A stretch of 63,718 nucleotides of DNA, from NCBI GenBank assembly GCA_021324535.1, contig JAJPIU010000130.1, positions 1 through 63,718 on the forward strand, written 5' to 3'. The position numbers and the translations under genes were made by a program. This document shows, piece by piece, positions 19,290 to 31,537 of this stretch (within the stretch, counting starts at the first letter, position 1; each line of letters starts with the position of its first letter). The notes under the pieces were generated by a model. It searched no databases and was not told where the DNA came from. It saw only the letters and a list, made by a program, of their open reading frames with translations. Origin of the DNA: Pseudomonadota bacterium. GTDB lineage: Bacteria; Chloroflexota; Ktedonobacteria; Ktedonobacterales; JADMIN01.

Positions 19290-19985
19290 CTACGAAGCCG
19301 AGCAGACACCCGCCGGTGGCTGCAAGATGCGTGTGGTCGGATCAGGCCGCTCGACGCGTTGGTTCAGCTTGCCCGTATCCACCGTTACCGTCCCGCTTTT
19401 GTCGAAGGCGAGAGGGAAGCGGTCAAGACTGCGCGGCGCCGGGCCGTCGAGATACTCACCGTCGATGTTGTAGTGCGAACCGTGGCACGGACACTTGAAG
19501 CTGTTGCAATCGTCGCGGAACGGTACCTTGCAGCCGAGGTGGACACAGACCTGGTAGAGCGCCAGCCAGTAGGAGCCATCGCTATCCACCGTCCAGTCCT
19601 CCGCCGTGAAGGCATTCTGCAAATTCGTGCCGCCCAGCAGGAATTTCGTGCTGCCACCGGGGAGCAGGTGCATGATATAGGACTTCGCGTCCGGCTCGTA
19701 GAACATGCCCTTCTGGTCGAGCGCAAAGTCTTTCTGCTGCGCGCCGACATAGGTGGTCTTGTTCTTGAGCGAGATCACTGTGCCAAACTGCCCGGCGAGA
19801 TTGGGGTAGAGCATATAGAGCGCGCCTGCTACCGCTTCGACGCCGACGATGCCAACCGTTACGCCGACAGCGCGCCTGAGGAACTGACGCCGACTCAGCC
19901 CTTTGTGCTCCAACTCCGCCGATTCCGCGCCGCCGCCAGTCAGCACCTCGTACTCTTGTGGCGTGCGGTCTGATCGTATCGCCAT
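19290..19985 (-). CDS. qcrA: Rieske 2Fe-2S subunit of the cytochrome bc complex
   Basis: Tat signal SRRQFLRR; CVHLGC and CPCHGS boxes; GPAPRSL. Confidence 0.93.
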   Translation of the reverse strand: MAIRSDRTPQEYEVLTGGGAESAELEHKGLSRRQFLRRAVGVTVGIVGVEAVAGALYMLYPNLAGQFGTVISLKNKTTYVGAQQKDFALDQKGMFYEPDAKSYIMHLLPGGSTKFLLGGTNLQNAFTAEDWTVDSDGSYWLALYQVCVHLGCKVPFRDDCNSFKCPCHGSHYNIDGEYLDGPAPRSLDRFPLAFDKSGTVTVDTGKLNQRVERPDPTTRILQPPAGVCSAS

Positions 19986-20006
19986 CTCAACATGCCTTCC
20001 TTAGGT

Positions 20007-20552
20007 CTACAGGTCGAAGTAGATGTTCTGCCAGGGCCAGATCCACTGCCAGCCAACACCGCGGAAGAAGCTGCCTTCCAGGACTGTTACCGCGAAGAAG
20101 AGTGCGAAGATGGTGAACAGCGCGATGGAGAGCTTGCGATCCTCAAACGCGCGGCTGGGGTTGCGATCCACATAGGGCAATATCGCCAGCGCCACCAGCA
20201 CAAAGCCCGGCAGCAGCACACCGGCCACCGTCGGCGGGAAATAGTGCAACTCTTCTTGCAGCCCTAGGAAGTACCACGGCGCCTTCGCAGGGCTGGGCGT
20301 CAGGTTCGGATTCGAGTGATCACGGAGTGGCGCGTCTATCACGATGGAGACCATCGTCAGCACAACCGTCATCAGCATCGCCGCCAGGAACTCACGCACC
20401 AGCAAGTGCGGCCAGACGAAGACGGAATCTTCGAGCTGCTTCTCGACGCGCGTCACCGCCTCCTGCTTCACCACCGCCAGCGTGCGGTAACGCTTCTGGG
20501 TTGCCGCTGGTCTTGGTTCAGTTGTCGCCGGTCTCGGTTCGGTTGTCGTCAT
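20007..20552 (-). CDS. cytochrome b C-terminal part (subunit IV / PetD-like)
   Basis: VWPHLL, NPNLTP.PAKAPWYFLGLQE (PEWY-equivalent), LPYVDR; three TM helices. Confidence 0.88.
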   Translation of the reverse strand: MTTTEPRPATTEPRPAATQKRYRTLAVVKQEAVTRVEKQLEDSVFVWPHLLVREFLAAMLMTVVLTMVSIVIDAPLRDHSNPNLTPSPAKAPWYFLGLQEELHYFPPTVAGVLLPGFVLVALAILPYVDRNPSRAFEDRKLSIALFTIFALFFAVTVLEGSFFRGVGWQWIWPWQNIYFDL

Positions 20553-20735
20553 GTTTTCGCTCCCGTTTTGGGCTGCCGATAACACAGTTGTAACACGGTT
20601 GGCACGGACAGCATACACAATTACGTTTGCGCGCTTATGATAACGGCTAAAGCGTCTCGCGCGCTCTCGCTCTCTAAAACGATGGGAGACGCCCACACGC
20701 CACCCCATCCGCAATAGACGAGGCGGCGTGCCATG

Positions 20736-21557
20736 TTAGCTGAGCGAGGCGACTGGCTCACGCTCGGCGGCCTGCCGGGCGCGCGCCTGCTCGATCTCGC
20801 GGCGGGACGGCGGTGGTGGCCCTGCCTCGCCGCCATCCTTACGAATGCGCCAGAAGTGAACGGCCATCAGAATCGCCGCAGCAAGCGGTAAGCCGATCAC
20901 ATGCAGCGTATAGAAGCGGATCAACGTTGGCTGGCCCACGCCCACCGGCTGGCCCGTCAGGAAGTTATGCGCAGCCGTGCCGAAGATCGGCGCATAGGAC
21001 GCCATGTTCGAGCCGACGGTGATCGCCCAGTAGCCGATCTGATCCCACGGCAACAGGTAGCCGGTGAAGCTGAGGAGCAAGGTGGTCAGGAACAGTGCGA
21101 CGCCGATCACCCAGTTGAACTCCCGTGGCGGCTTATAAGCGCCATGGTAGAAGACGCGAATCATATGTAGCGTGACTGTCACCACCATCAGATGGGCCGC
21201 CCAGCGGTGCATATTGCGCACCAGGTTGCCAAACGCCACCGCGCTCTGGATCTGCTGAATGTTGGCGTAGGCGATGGTCTGATCCGGGACGAAGTAGAAC
21301 ATCAGGAAGACGCCCGTGATCGTCAACACCAGGAACAGGAAGAACGACAACCCGCCCAGGCACCAGGTATAGGTAATCTTCATTGCCTTGCGGCTGACCT
21401 TCACCGGATGCAGGTGCAGGAACACGTTGCCCATCATCACGAGGGACTGATTGAGCGGCGTATCCGGGTAGCCATGCCGGAAAATCGAGCGCCAGACCTG
21501 GCTCTCCGTCACCTTTGACCATGTGCGGTCAACCAGGCTCCGATTCGTCGTACTCAC
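20736..21557 (-). CDS. qcrB: cytochrome b N-terminal part (cytochrome b6-like)
   Basis: [47 protein letters not shown]; GAGGAGG RBS before GTG 21557. Confidence 0.93.
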   Translation of the reverse strand: MSTTNRSLVDRTWSKVTESQVWRSIFRHGYPDTPLNQSLVMMGNVFLHLHPVKVSRKAMKITYTWCLGGLSFFLFLVLTITGVFLMFYFVPDQTIAYANIQQIQSAVAFGNLVRNMHRWAAHLMVVTVTLHMIRVFYHGAYKPPREFNWVIGVALFLTTLLLSFTGYLLPWDQIGYWAITVGSNMASYAPIFGTAAHNFLTGQPVGVGQPTLIRFYTLHVIGLPLAAAILMAVHFWRIRKDGGEAGPPPPSRREIEQARARQAAEREPVASLS

Positions 21558-22033
21558 TACGCTGCCTCCTCGGCCAGTTGCGGATTGCGCAGCCTGTGTA
21601 GGATACGCTTGTGGTTGGAATCTGCGAATACTGATAACTTCATATAGTGGGGTGGCGCTACGAATGCCGCTCACGCTTATTGCAATCGCTACTGCCAAAA
21701 GTGCATGCGCGCATCTCGCGTGCCAACAGTTCCGTCGCCTGGGCGCTTTCTGCTCCGTCAACCCTCTACAGCGTTTGATCGTACCAGAAGCGTGCGGCGA
21801 ATGCAACTCCCCTCACCCATATGGACGGATGAGACCGCCTATCACATCGCTCATCACCTATCATACTCCCTGCAAAAGGGCGCACGTAGTTTCTCGCTGT
21901 GACGAGCGGTTAAAGTACAGTGTACCCGATTATCTGGCCCGCTTCATCAGGTATACACCTGATTTTGCGTGGTTTTGGCGCTTAGGCCGGGCGCCTTTCG
22001 CGGAATTGGGTGTAGCATGGAAGCGCGGCGCTG

Positions 22034-22063
22034 TTGACAATACAGGCCGATCCTTCATATACT
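22034..22063 (+). promoter_or_regulatory. sigma70-type promoter
   Basis: TTGACA-18 nt-TATACT upstream of the ORF at 22205. Confidence 0.55.
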
Positions 22064-22204
22064 CGTACTCGGCATATATCCCTACGCCTATAGATGCGGC
22101 GTTAAGGAATATGGGAGGCGGTATTCAGCGCCATATGGCGCGCTGCGGCGACTGTGCTTGTCGCGGTCTTATTTCGCCTATAATTCAATCAGGAGGTATC
22201 ATCC

Positions 22205-22396
22205 ATGCGCGGAGCAAGTTATGGTTTGATTGTGATTGGCGTGCTTGTGCTGATCTTTGGTCTCATCAATCATGAGGTGCATGTCATCAATTTTCCTAGC
22301 GCCAGCACCTATATCGCAGGCGCCGGAGTCGTGATCGCCATCATTGGCGGCGCGTTGCTCTTCCTGGGCGGCGCTCGTCCCAGTTCTGGACAATAG
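22205..22396 (+). CDS. small two-TM membrane protein
   Basis: AGGAGG RBS at 22191; two hydrophobic helices; 63 aa. Confidence 0.75.
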   Translation: MRGASYGLIVIGVLVLIFGLINHEVHVINFPSASTYIAGAGVVIAIIGGALLFLGGARPSSGQ

Positions 22397-22500
22397 GCGT
22401 CGCGAGAAAAGCCCTACGCGCTCTTCCGCTCTTGTGATATACTGCCTGTGGAACATGCTTTCCAGCAGCGAATACGCAAGTCAGCCGAGGAGCGCACACA

Positions 22501-23040
22501 ATGGCCGACGAAACTACCCCTGAAGCGGCGCGCGAGACACGCGAGACGACAAGCGCCACACCTCCTCTTTCACGCGCAGAAGCGGCCCTGATCGCAGCGC
22601 GTGTCTATGCGCTTGTGCTCGCGTGCCCCGCCGGGCGCGTGACCACCTATGGCTGGCTAGGCGCTGCGGTGGGGTATCCTCATGGCGCACGCATGGTCGG
22701 TTGGATCATGAACGAGTCGCCCCGCTGGGCGAGCGTTCCTGCGCAACGGGTCATCAACGCGAAGGGTGAACTCACCGGCAGCTGGGCCTTTGGTCAGCGC
22801 GGACGCATGCGCCAATTGCTCGAACAGGAAGGCATCGTTTTCACCGAGGCCGGGCGCGTCAACATGAAACGCTACGGGTGGGATCCCATGCGCGACCTCG
22901 ACGCGGCCACACGCCAGCGCATCCTCGATGCGGCCACCCCCACCGACGCAGAGGTAAGCGATCACCTGCTCCACCTCCTGCTGGACGATCCCGCCTCGCC
23001 GTTCCATCTCGCCCGCAAGGATATAACCGACGCCGAGTAA
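22501..23040 (+). CDS. MGMT family alkyltransferase-like (ATL) protein
   Basis: PAGRVTTYG, ARMVGW, VPAQRVINAKG, LLEQEG; no active-site Cys. Confidence 0.85.
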   Translation: MADETTPEAARETRETTSATPPLSRAEAALIAARVYALVLACPAGRVTTYGWLGAAVGYPHGARMVGWIMNESPRWASVPAQRVINAKGELTGSWAFGQRGRMRQLLEQEGIVFTEAGRVNMKRYGWDPMRDLDAATRQRILDAATPTDAEVSDHLLHLLLDDPASPFHLARKDITDAE

Positions 23041-23371
23041 GCAGAAGTTCTCTGCCGTAGCGCCGCGCTCCTGGGCGGCGTGTGATCCTTGCCCGAAACA
23101 GCGTTCGCTCTGCGTAACGAGTCTTGCCCATAAATTGAGTACCGCCGCCGTCTCAGCTGGCGCGTCTCGCAGGCTAAAACCTCATCTGGTAGCATAGCCG
23201 TTTCCTTTCTTCGATGGTGGGTACACCGTTCGGCGCAAGAATGAGATGAAGTTCACCCACCCGATAAAAAAGCTGGCCCTGGAAGATGTTCCAGAACCAG
23301 CCCCACACGCCGCCTGAGACGGCGGTACTTGTGTGGCAGAGGCAGGTCACGCGCCCGCCTCGCTGTCCAGA

Positions 23372-23407
23372 TTCCCTCCCTCACTGGGGAAGGAGCAGGG
23401 AGAGAGC
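23372..23407 (-). repeat. degenerate REP-like palindrome after the hppA stop
   Basis: minus strand TAG-GCTCTCTCCCTGCTCCTTCCCCAGTGAGGGAGGGAA. Confidence 0.5.
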
Positions 23408-25645
<2,238 letters not shown>

Positions 25646-26077
25646 GAGCCTATGCCCCTCCTTCTAAACCTGGCCAACCAGAGGCCGAGTAGACAACGCT
25701 GCGTTGCGTTGAGGCAGGGCCACGCGAACACGCGACAGGCCAGCGCGCCCCGTTGCCACTCGCTAGAGAACTGGCGATACCTGTCGTTCGCGACAATTTC
25801 TGAGGAAAGGGGGCACATGCTGGCGCGCCTGCGGATGCGGGCTCCTGGGGAGACCGAGCGACGCGGAAACAGCCCACGCGCTTGCAGCTTGTCTCAGGCG
25901 CGCGTTGTTTGCCTCCGCCGGTTTGGGTCTGCCGCCAGTGAGTGAGATCACGCCGAGCGTACCGCATACGGAGCAACAACGCATAACACAACGAGTGTAG
26001 CATAGGCGCGATACTCTTTGCAAGCGATATATCGCCTGCTTCGGCGCCAATTCAAGTCAAATCAATATATCGTTATG

Positions 26078-27472
26078 TCAAATGTTAGGAGCAGCGCCGA
26101 GATCGTTCAGGTCGCGCGCATACGTCTGAGCGGCAGGCAGCGCGACAAACGCGCCCACCAGCAGCGCGGGCAGACAGACGATCAACAGGGCAATGGCCTC
26201 GCGCTCGTGCAGCGCGGTGGAGATTGCGCCCACCACTCCAGGCGCCCACACATCGCCCAGCAGGTGTGCGAGGAGGTTAGCCACCGCGACCGCTGTCCCG
26301 CGCATGGCGGCTGGCGTGGTATCTTGCAGCATGGCAGCTAGCGGGCCTGATTGCAGATTCAGCGCGAAGACGGCGATGATTCCAGTGAGCAGGAAGACCG
26401 ACAGGGAATGGGTGATCAGCAGGAGCAGCAGAAACGGCGCGGCTAGCGCGAAGCTGACGCCAACTGCCAGCACACGCCCGCCCGTATAGCGCGCGCCCAG
26501 GCGATCCGCCAGCGTGCCGCCAAGCGCCGCGCCGGTCGCCCCGCCGACGACGATCAGCCCAGAAGTGATAGCCGCGCCGCTGGCCCCCAGATGAAACGGG
26601 CCACGTGGCGACCGCAGATAGATGGTGAGAAATGCGATGCAGGGCGTGATGACGATGAACGCAAGCGCCTGCAAGATGACGACCGCCCAGACCGTGCGGA
26701 TACGCAGGACACGCGCGAGATGATTCCGCAGGTTCGCAAGCCCGCCGCTGCTCCATTCGCTTGCAGGCGCCTCGTCTATGGATGGCCGCGCGGCGCGCGG
26801 CGGCTTATCTACAGGCGTTGCTGGCCCCTCGGCGACGAACCACATGGCGATGGCGAGTCCCAGCCCCGGCAGCCCTGCCACCAAAAAGGCGACGCGCCAG
26901 GCCAGGTGACTGGGCAGCCAGACGAAGAGGGCGGCGCTCAGCGCGTAGGCCAGCGCCACGCCCAGCAGTTGTCCCACCTGCCAGCGGCCCAGGATGCGCG
27001 CCCGCTTTTCCAGCCCGTAGTAGGCGCTGAGGAGCGCCGTGCCTGCCGGAAAGTAGCTGGCCTCGCCCACGCCCACCAGCGCCCGCGTGATGAACAACGA
27101 GGCGAAGTTCCCGGCGAAGGCGCTGGCTCCGCTGATCACGCTCCAAAAGGCGACGCCAACCGCGACGATCTTCGCGCGGGGGAAGCTCCAGTCGGCCAGC
27201 ATGCCCAACGGCAGCGCGGAGAGCGTATAGACCAGCAGAAACGCGCTGCTGAGCAGACCGATCTGGCTGTCCTTCAAGTGAAACTCACTTTTGAGCGTTG
27301 GCCCCACCGCAACGATGATCAGCCGGTCGAGGTAGTTGAGCGCATTGATGAGGAACATCAGCCAGAAAACACGCCGCGAGGTGTTGATGAGCGGTTGCCT
27401 CCAACCTCCACCATGCGCCCTGTTTTCTCTGCTCATTGTACTCACCGCGCCGCCACGCTTTTTGCTCGCCAT
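26078..27472 (-). CDS. MFS transporter (spinster-like)
   Basis: NALNYLDR, motif-A-like GMLAD, RALVGVGEA, GGTLADR; about 12 TM; start uncertain. Confidence 0.88.
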   Translation of the reverse strand: MASKKRGGAVSTMSRENRAHGGGWRQPLINTSRRVFWLMFLINALNYLDRLIIVAVGPTLKSEFHLKDSQIGLLSSAFLLVYTLSALPLGMLADWSFPRAKIVAVGVAFWSVISGASAFAGNFASLFITRALVGVGEASYFPAGTALLSAYYGLEKRARILGRWQVGQLLGVALAYALSAALFVWLPSHLAWRVAFLVAGLPGLGLAIAMWFVAEGPATPVDKPPRAARPSIDEAPASEWSSGGLANLRNHLARVLRIRTVWAVVILQALAFIVITPCIAFLTIYLRSPRGPFHLGASGAAITSGLIVVGGATGAALGGTLADRLGARYTGGRVLAVGVSFALAAPFLLLLLITHSLSVFLLTGIIAVFALNLQSGPLAAMLQDTTPAAMRGTAVAVANLLAHLLGDVWAPGVVGAISTALHEREAIALLIVCLPALLVGAFVALPAAQTYARDLNDLGAAPNI

Positions 27473-27736
27473 ACGCTTCCTATCGTTCTCGCCTGTTGTG
27501 CCCTGTCGTTTCGCTTCCAAAGATATTCTGGCAGACCGCGCGCCAGCGCGCAAGCATTTCCCCTATTCCACGTCAGCATACCAGATAGCGACGCGAGACA
27601 TCCCCTACCGCCGCCGTCTCTGGCGGCGTGTTTGGCCGAATCTACACCTTGCACGCCGGGCAACGAATACCCACCCGTAGCGCCGCACTCCTGGGCGGCG
27701 TGGATCTACGCAGCTACATCCCAGCCTACCGACGTT

Positions 27737-28003
27737 TCATTCCCCCTCGGCCAGCGTCTTCAGCATCTCCTCCATATGCTTGCTGAGATCGTGTCCCTCG
27801 TTGGGATAACATGTCGCATGACAATTGGGGATGGCGCGGGCGAGATAGTGCCCTATCGAGAGCGGCGCCATGTTATCCTCTTCTCCATGCCAGAGGTAGA
27901 CGTCTGCCGTGATGTCCCCAACGCGAAAGCCCCACGGTCGCGTTGCCAGCCAGCTTTCCCATGCCAGCCCCTGGCCGCCCTGGCGCGCTGGCTCTGTGAC
28001 CCC
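27737..28003 (-). pseudogene. C-terminal fragment of an alpha/beta hydrolase
   Basis: Manual translation, not in the ORF track: ...RQGGQGLAWESWLATRPWGFRVGDITADVYLWHGEEDNMAPLSIGHYLARAIPNCHATCYPNEGHDLSKHMEEMLKTLAEGE*. In-frame stop at 28004-28006 upstream; no nucleophile half. Confidence 0.75.
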
Positions 28004-28033
28004 TCAGTCGCCGCTGTTGGTAAAGCGCGTGGG

Positions 28034-28717
28034 TCAGTAGCCTTGATTTGATAACTCCATTAAACGCTGACCAATTAGGCGAAGAACAACACGAGTATTT
28101 TCTTCGGAACCAAGAGCCTTTTGAAGGTCTTCTGTACGGCTTCGTAGTTCCTCAATCTGACTTCCATGCGCAGTTATAGCGCTATCATATCTACCTGACT
28201 GAGCTACTATACGCTGCTCGGTCGCGTCTATCTCCTGCTTTGCTCCTACAAGTTCTTCCAAAATTCGCTGCCCTTCCATCTGCATAGCATATTTTGTCCT
28301 TTCGGCTTCTTCCACAATATGCTGCTCGATTGCTGCTATCTTTTGTTGGGCATCCTGTATATCCCTGAGAAGGGCGTCGAGAGAAGCCTGCTTTGTCGCT
28401 ATTTCGTGCCATAAATGTAAGGCGCTCTCGTTGGTTGGGATTTGTAACAGGCGCTCAATCTCTGTAAGGCGAGGGTCAACATCTTGCTTGATTTCTGCTC
28501 TCATTCTTGATCGGAAACTGCTTAAGCGGTTATTGATAATCATCCTAAGCCGCTTTTCAAGCGATGTTCCTGAATCACCTTCAGGTGATTCCAAAGCTCT
28601 TTCGAGACCTACTTCCATGAGTTGCGTTTGTCTTCGCTGATATATCATTGAACCAAGAGCCGTGAGAGAACCGAAGATACCGAGGCCGATGCCAATACCA
28701 GTTGCAACATCAAGCAT
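28034..28717 (-). CDS. hypothetical protein, N-terminal TM helix plus coiled coil, AT-richer than flanks
   Basis: 227-aa ORF; heptad-like E/Q/K/I composition; visibly lower GC. Confidence 0.65.
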   Translation of the reverse strand: MLDVATGIGIGLGIFGSLTALGSMIYQRRQTQLMEVGLERALESPEGDSGTSLEKRLRMIINNRLSSFRSRMRAEIKQDVDPRLTEIERLLQIPTNESALHLWHEIATKQASLDALLRDIQDAQQKIAAIEQHIVEEAERTKYAMQMEGQRILEELVGAKQEIDATEQRIVAQSGRYDSAITAHGSQIEELRSRTEDLQKALGSEENTRVVLRLIGQRLMELSNQGY

Positions 28718-28895
28718 ACAGAAGATCCCTCTTTCCGATCTCCAGAGATGAGCGGAGGCTAAACCATGCTCATACTTATCTCTTGCTCAGTATACACGAA
28801 GTTGGCGCCAAATGTAAGTCGAAGAGGAAAAAATCTATGATGTCAAATGGCCTTCAAGGTCAAGATCAGGTGTAGATAGGTGAGCAACAGAGTAT

Positions 28896-29294
28896 TTGGA
28901 GGCATACCTGCCAGGCGATGCAGTAGATGGCTGGGAGATGCTGGCCTCGAAGGTTGCTTTTCAGCAGCGCGTCACGGTCATGCGCGATAGGCTGCGCACG
29001 CCACGCGGCGCCGAGATGGACTACGTGTGGGTCGCCAGCGAGCTACAACCGCTTGGGAGGTTCTATCCTGCTCCTGGCATGATGTCCCATTGCGTGCATG
29101 TGTTTGTGGCCCAAGCGCCACAACCGGGCGAACCGGCCCACGACGAACAAGAGATCGTCGAGGTCGTCATGCTGCCGTGGGATGAGCTAGTGGAGCGTGT
29201 CATCCACGGCGACGAGGCATTGGATGTGACGTTGGCGTTTGCAGTATTGCGCTATGCTGCTCAGACTCAGGCGAACACTCAGGCGAAGTCGTAG
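28896..29294 (+). pseudogene. ADP-ribose pyrophosphatase-like Nudix hydrolase with internal deletion
   Basis: N-terminal RDRLRTPRG..YVWV joined directly to LGRFYPAPG..VHVFVA..DEQEIVEV; the GX5EX7REUXEEXGU box is absent. Confidence 0.6.
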
Positions 29295-29677
29295 TCGAGC
29301 GTGAACTCCGCTGGTGGTTCGTGCCCTGCCACGCTGCGACCACTGCCTATCAGTCCGCTCAGCTCGCCCGTCGCCGAGCCAGGGACGACTGTGACGGTTG
29401 CCTGTGCCACGCCATCCTCGAATGTGCCAACGTGCTGAAGGACGAAGCTCCCTGTGCGTTCGCCCAGCCGCCCGGTCACACGCTCCTGACCGGTATAGTA
29501 GGCAATGCCGTTGCTGGAATAGCACATCAGATAGATGACGTGTCCCTCGGCTTCGAGGTTGCCGTGATAGGTGAAGACCACCTCGGCGCGAGTCAGCTTT
29601 GGCTGACCCTCCGGCTCGTCGTAAGGTTTCTCATCCCAGCTTTTCACGGTGAAGCTGCTGGCTGCGTGTGTGGGCAT
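29279..29677 (-). CDS. DUF3224 family protein
   Basis: FTVKSWDE, GSFVLQHVG, VVPGSATGELSGLIG; GAGGAG RBS; TG-C-TATACT at 29767-29759. Confidence 0.85.
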   Translation of the reverse strand: MPTHAASSFTVKSWDEKPYDEPEGQPKLTRAEVVFTYHGNLEAEGHVIYLMCYSSNGIAYYTGQERVTGRLGERTGSFVLQHVGTFEDGVAQATVTVVPGSATGELSGLIGSGRSVAGHEPPAEFTLDYDFA

Positions 29678-29852
29678 GTGGTGTTTCTCCTCTATGTGTC
29701 TGTGTTGGCGCTACTGGCGCGCATCCAACTTCGGCGCCGTTCGTCAGGTTGTCAGCGCAGTATAGCACGTTGTCATGAACGTATGTACCAATTGGCTGGC
29801 ATAGCCATTGAGAAAATGGATCGCGCAACCGGCGCTCCAGCCTGCCTATAAG

Positions 29853-29895
29853 TTCCCCTCTCCCGTTGCGGCGGGAGAGGGGCCAGGGGTGGGGG
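29853..29895 (-). repeat. REP-like palindrome immediately after a stop codon
   Basis: minus strand TAG-CCCCCACCCCTGGCCCCTCTCCCGCCGCAACGGGAGAGGGGAA. Confidence 0.75.
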
Positions 29896-30522
29896 CTATG
29901 GCCCGCTGCCCGACGCAAACTTGGTTATTTGCCCGCTGATCATCCACTGCCCATGAACCAGCGTCAACGTGAAGGTAAAATCCATCAGATTGTGAGGCGA
30001 CGCCTTCTCAACGCTTCCATTGCTTTGTGTCTCGGTGAACGAAAGCCATATGATACCTTGCGCCGCCACACTGGCGGTTGCGCCAGAGACGTTGATCTGC
30101 GAAAATGTAAGCGTTCCGGCGCCTGCGTCCAGCACATGAAACGCGCCGCTCCGTTCGCTGGAGATGGCCTGTTGCGCCTGAGCCATCTCCGCAGTAAGCT
30201 GAGGGTTGGTATACCACTTGCCAAGCGTCTGTTGCGCGTTGGCGAGCATCTGCCGCTGGATGGCGTCACGCATAGGGCCGCCGTGATAGCTGGCTGGGGG
30301 TATCTGCGCCTGCCGCTCGGCGATCACCGCCTGCTGGCAGACCGTGCGAATACGTGGCGCCTCGCGGGCGTAGACCAGTTGCGCCTGGGCGGTTTGTACG
30401 ACGACGAACACACCCACCGCCAGCGCGATGACTATGGCAAGCGCCACGCCGCCCCACAGCAGCCGCCGCCTGGGCGCGCGACCGGGCGTTGTAGTGATAC
30501 TGCTGCCGCGTTCCTGCGACAT
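29896..30522 (-). CDS. membrane-anchored exported protein, possible NTF2-like C-terminal domain
   Basis: RRR followed by a hydrophobic helix; C-terminal FTFTLTLVHGQWMI strand pattern. Confidence 0.65.
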   Translation of the reverse strand: MSQERGSSITTTPGRAPRRRLLWGGVALAIVIALAVGVFVVVQTAQAQLVYAREAPRIRTVCQQAVIAERQAQIPPASYHGGPMRDAIQRQMLANAQQTLGKWYTNPQLTAEMAQAQQAISSERSGAFHVLDAGAGTLTFSQINVSGATASVAAQGIIWLSFTETQSNGSVEKASPHNLMDFTFTLTLVHGQWMISGQITKFASGSGP

Positions 30523-30570
30523 CCCTGACCTCTCTTCCGTTTTGCGCTCAACTGGATGGAATAGTACGCC

Positions 30571-31500
30571 ATGAACAAGAAGCCAACCAACCAATCACTC
30601 CCGTCCGCACCCCGTCCAGTATACCATACAGAGCAAGCGGAAACATCAATGCCAGAGAACGTACACACCATCACGCGGATGGAGCCGCAAGCGCGCCATC
30701 CCGACCGCTATAACATCTGGCTGGATGGCCGCTTTGCTTTTGGGATGGCGGGTTCGCTGGCGCTGGCCAAGAACTTGAGCGTTGGAAGCATGCTGAGCGA
30801 CGCCGAGATCGCGCGGTTGCGTGTGGCAGAGCAAGAGCAAACGCTGTTTGATGCGGCGCTGCGCTTCCTGGGCGCGCGTCCACGCAGCCGCGCCGAGGTG
30901 CGCCAGCGGCTCTTGCGCGCGAAGCCTTCACATTCCAGGCGCGCCACGACGCATGCTCCATCACGGCGTCAATTCATGCGCCAACGGACGCGACAAAAGA
31001 ACGACGTGGAGCACAGTGCAGATGATGAACTAGCGGGCGCCGAGGCAAACAGTGGGAATGATCTTATTGAGACTGGTGAGGAAATAGAAGGGATGGGCGA
31101 GGCGGACGCAAGGGAGGCGCGGCTGGCGCTGATCGAGCGTGTGCTCGACCGATTGGAGCAGCTTGGCCTGGTGAATGACGCAGCCTTTGCCAGCTTCTGG
31201 GCCGAGCAACGTGAACGGTTCAGTCCGCGCGCCGCCCGCGCCATCACCCAGGAGCTGCGCCAGCACGGCGTAGACCGCGCGATTGCCGCCGAGGCAAGCG
31301 ATCCCGACCGCGACGAAGAGCAGGCGTTGCTTGCCGCGCGCCAGCGTCTACGTAGTCTACATACCGATGACTACACGACTTTTCGCACGCGGCTCGGAAG
31401 CTTCTTGCAGCGGCGCGGCTTTGGCTACGAGGTCGCCGGGCGTGTCATCCGCCAGCTCTGGGCAGAAACACATGAAAGCATGCCCGACGATGAATGGTAG
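30571..31500 (+). CDS. recX: regulatory protein RecX
   Basis: RYNIWLDGRFAF, ALRFLGARPRSRAEVRQRL, GLVNDAAFA, ELRQHGV, FLQRRGF; start may be 30649. Confidence 0.9.
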   Translation: MNKKPTNQSLPSAPRPVYHTEQAETSMPENVHTITRMEPQARHPDRYNIWLDGRFAFGMAGSLALAKNLSVGSMLSDAEIARLRVAEQEQTLFDAALRFLGARPRSRAEVRQRLLRAKPSHSRRATTHAPSRRQFMRQRTRQKNDVEHSADDELAGAEANSGNDLIETGEEIEGMGEADAREARLALIERVLDRLEQLGLVNDAAFASFWAEQRERFSPRAARAITQELRQHGVDRAIAAEASDPDRDEEQALLAARQRLRSLHTDDYTTFRTRLGSFLQRRGFGYEVAGRVIRQLWAETHESMPDDEW

Positions 31501-31537
31501 AGAGGGGCGTCGGCTGACAGACCGCGCCCGTCTTCGC

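Noticed and set aside
20599-20616. TTGGCACG sigma54-like -24 element
   Set aside because: No TTGC at -12, and it is on the strand opposite to the flanking genes
21523-22275. 250-aa plus-strand ORF across the qcrB upstream region
   Set aside because: Cys/Arg-rich non-protein-like composition; overlaps promoter elements and both flanking genes
22962-23195. 77-aa minus-strand ORF with an RBS-like GAAAGGAAA
   Set aside because: Overlaps the ATL gene end and has no recognisable features; cannot be supported
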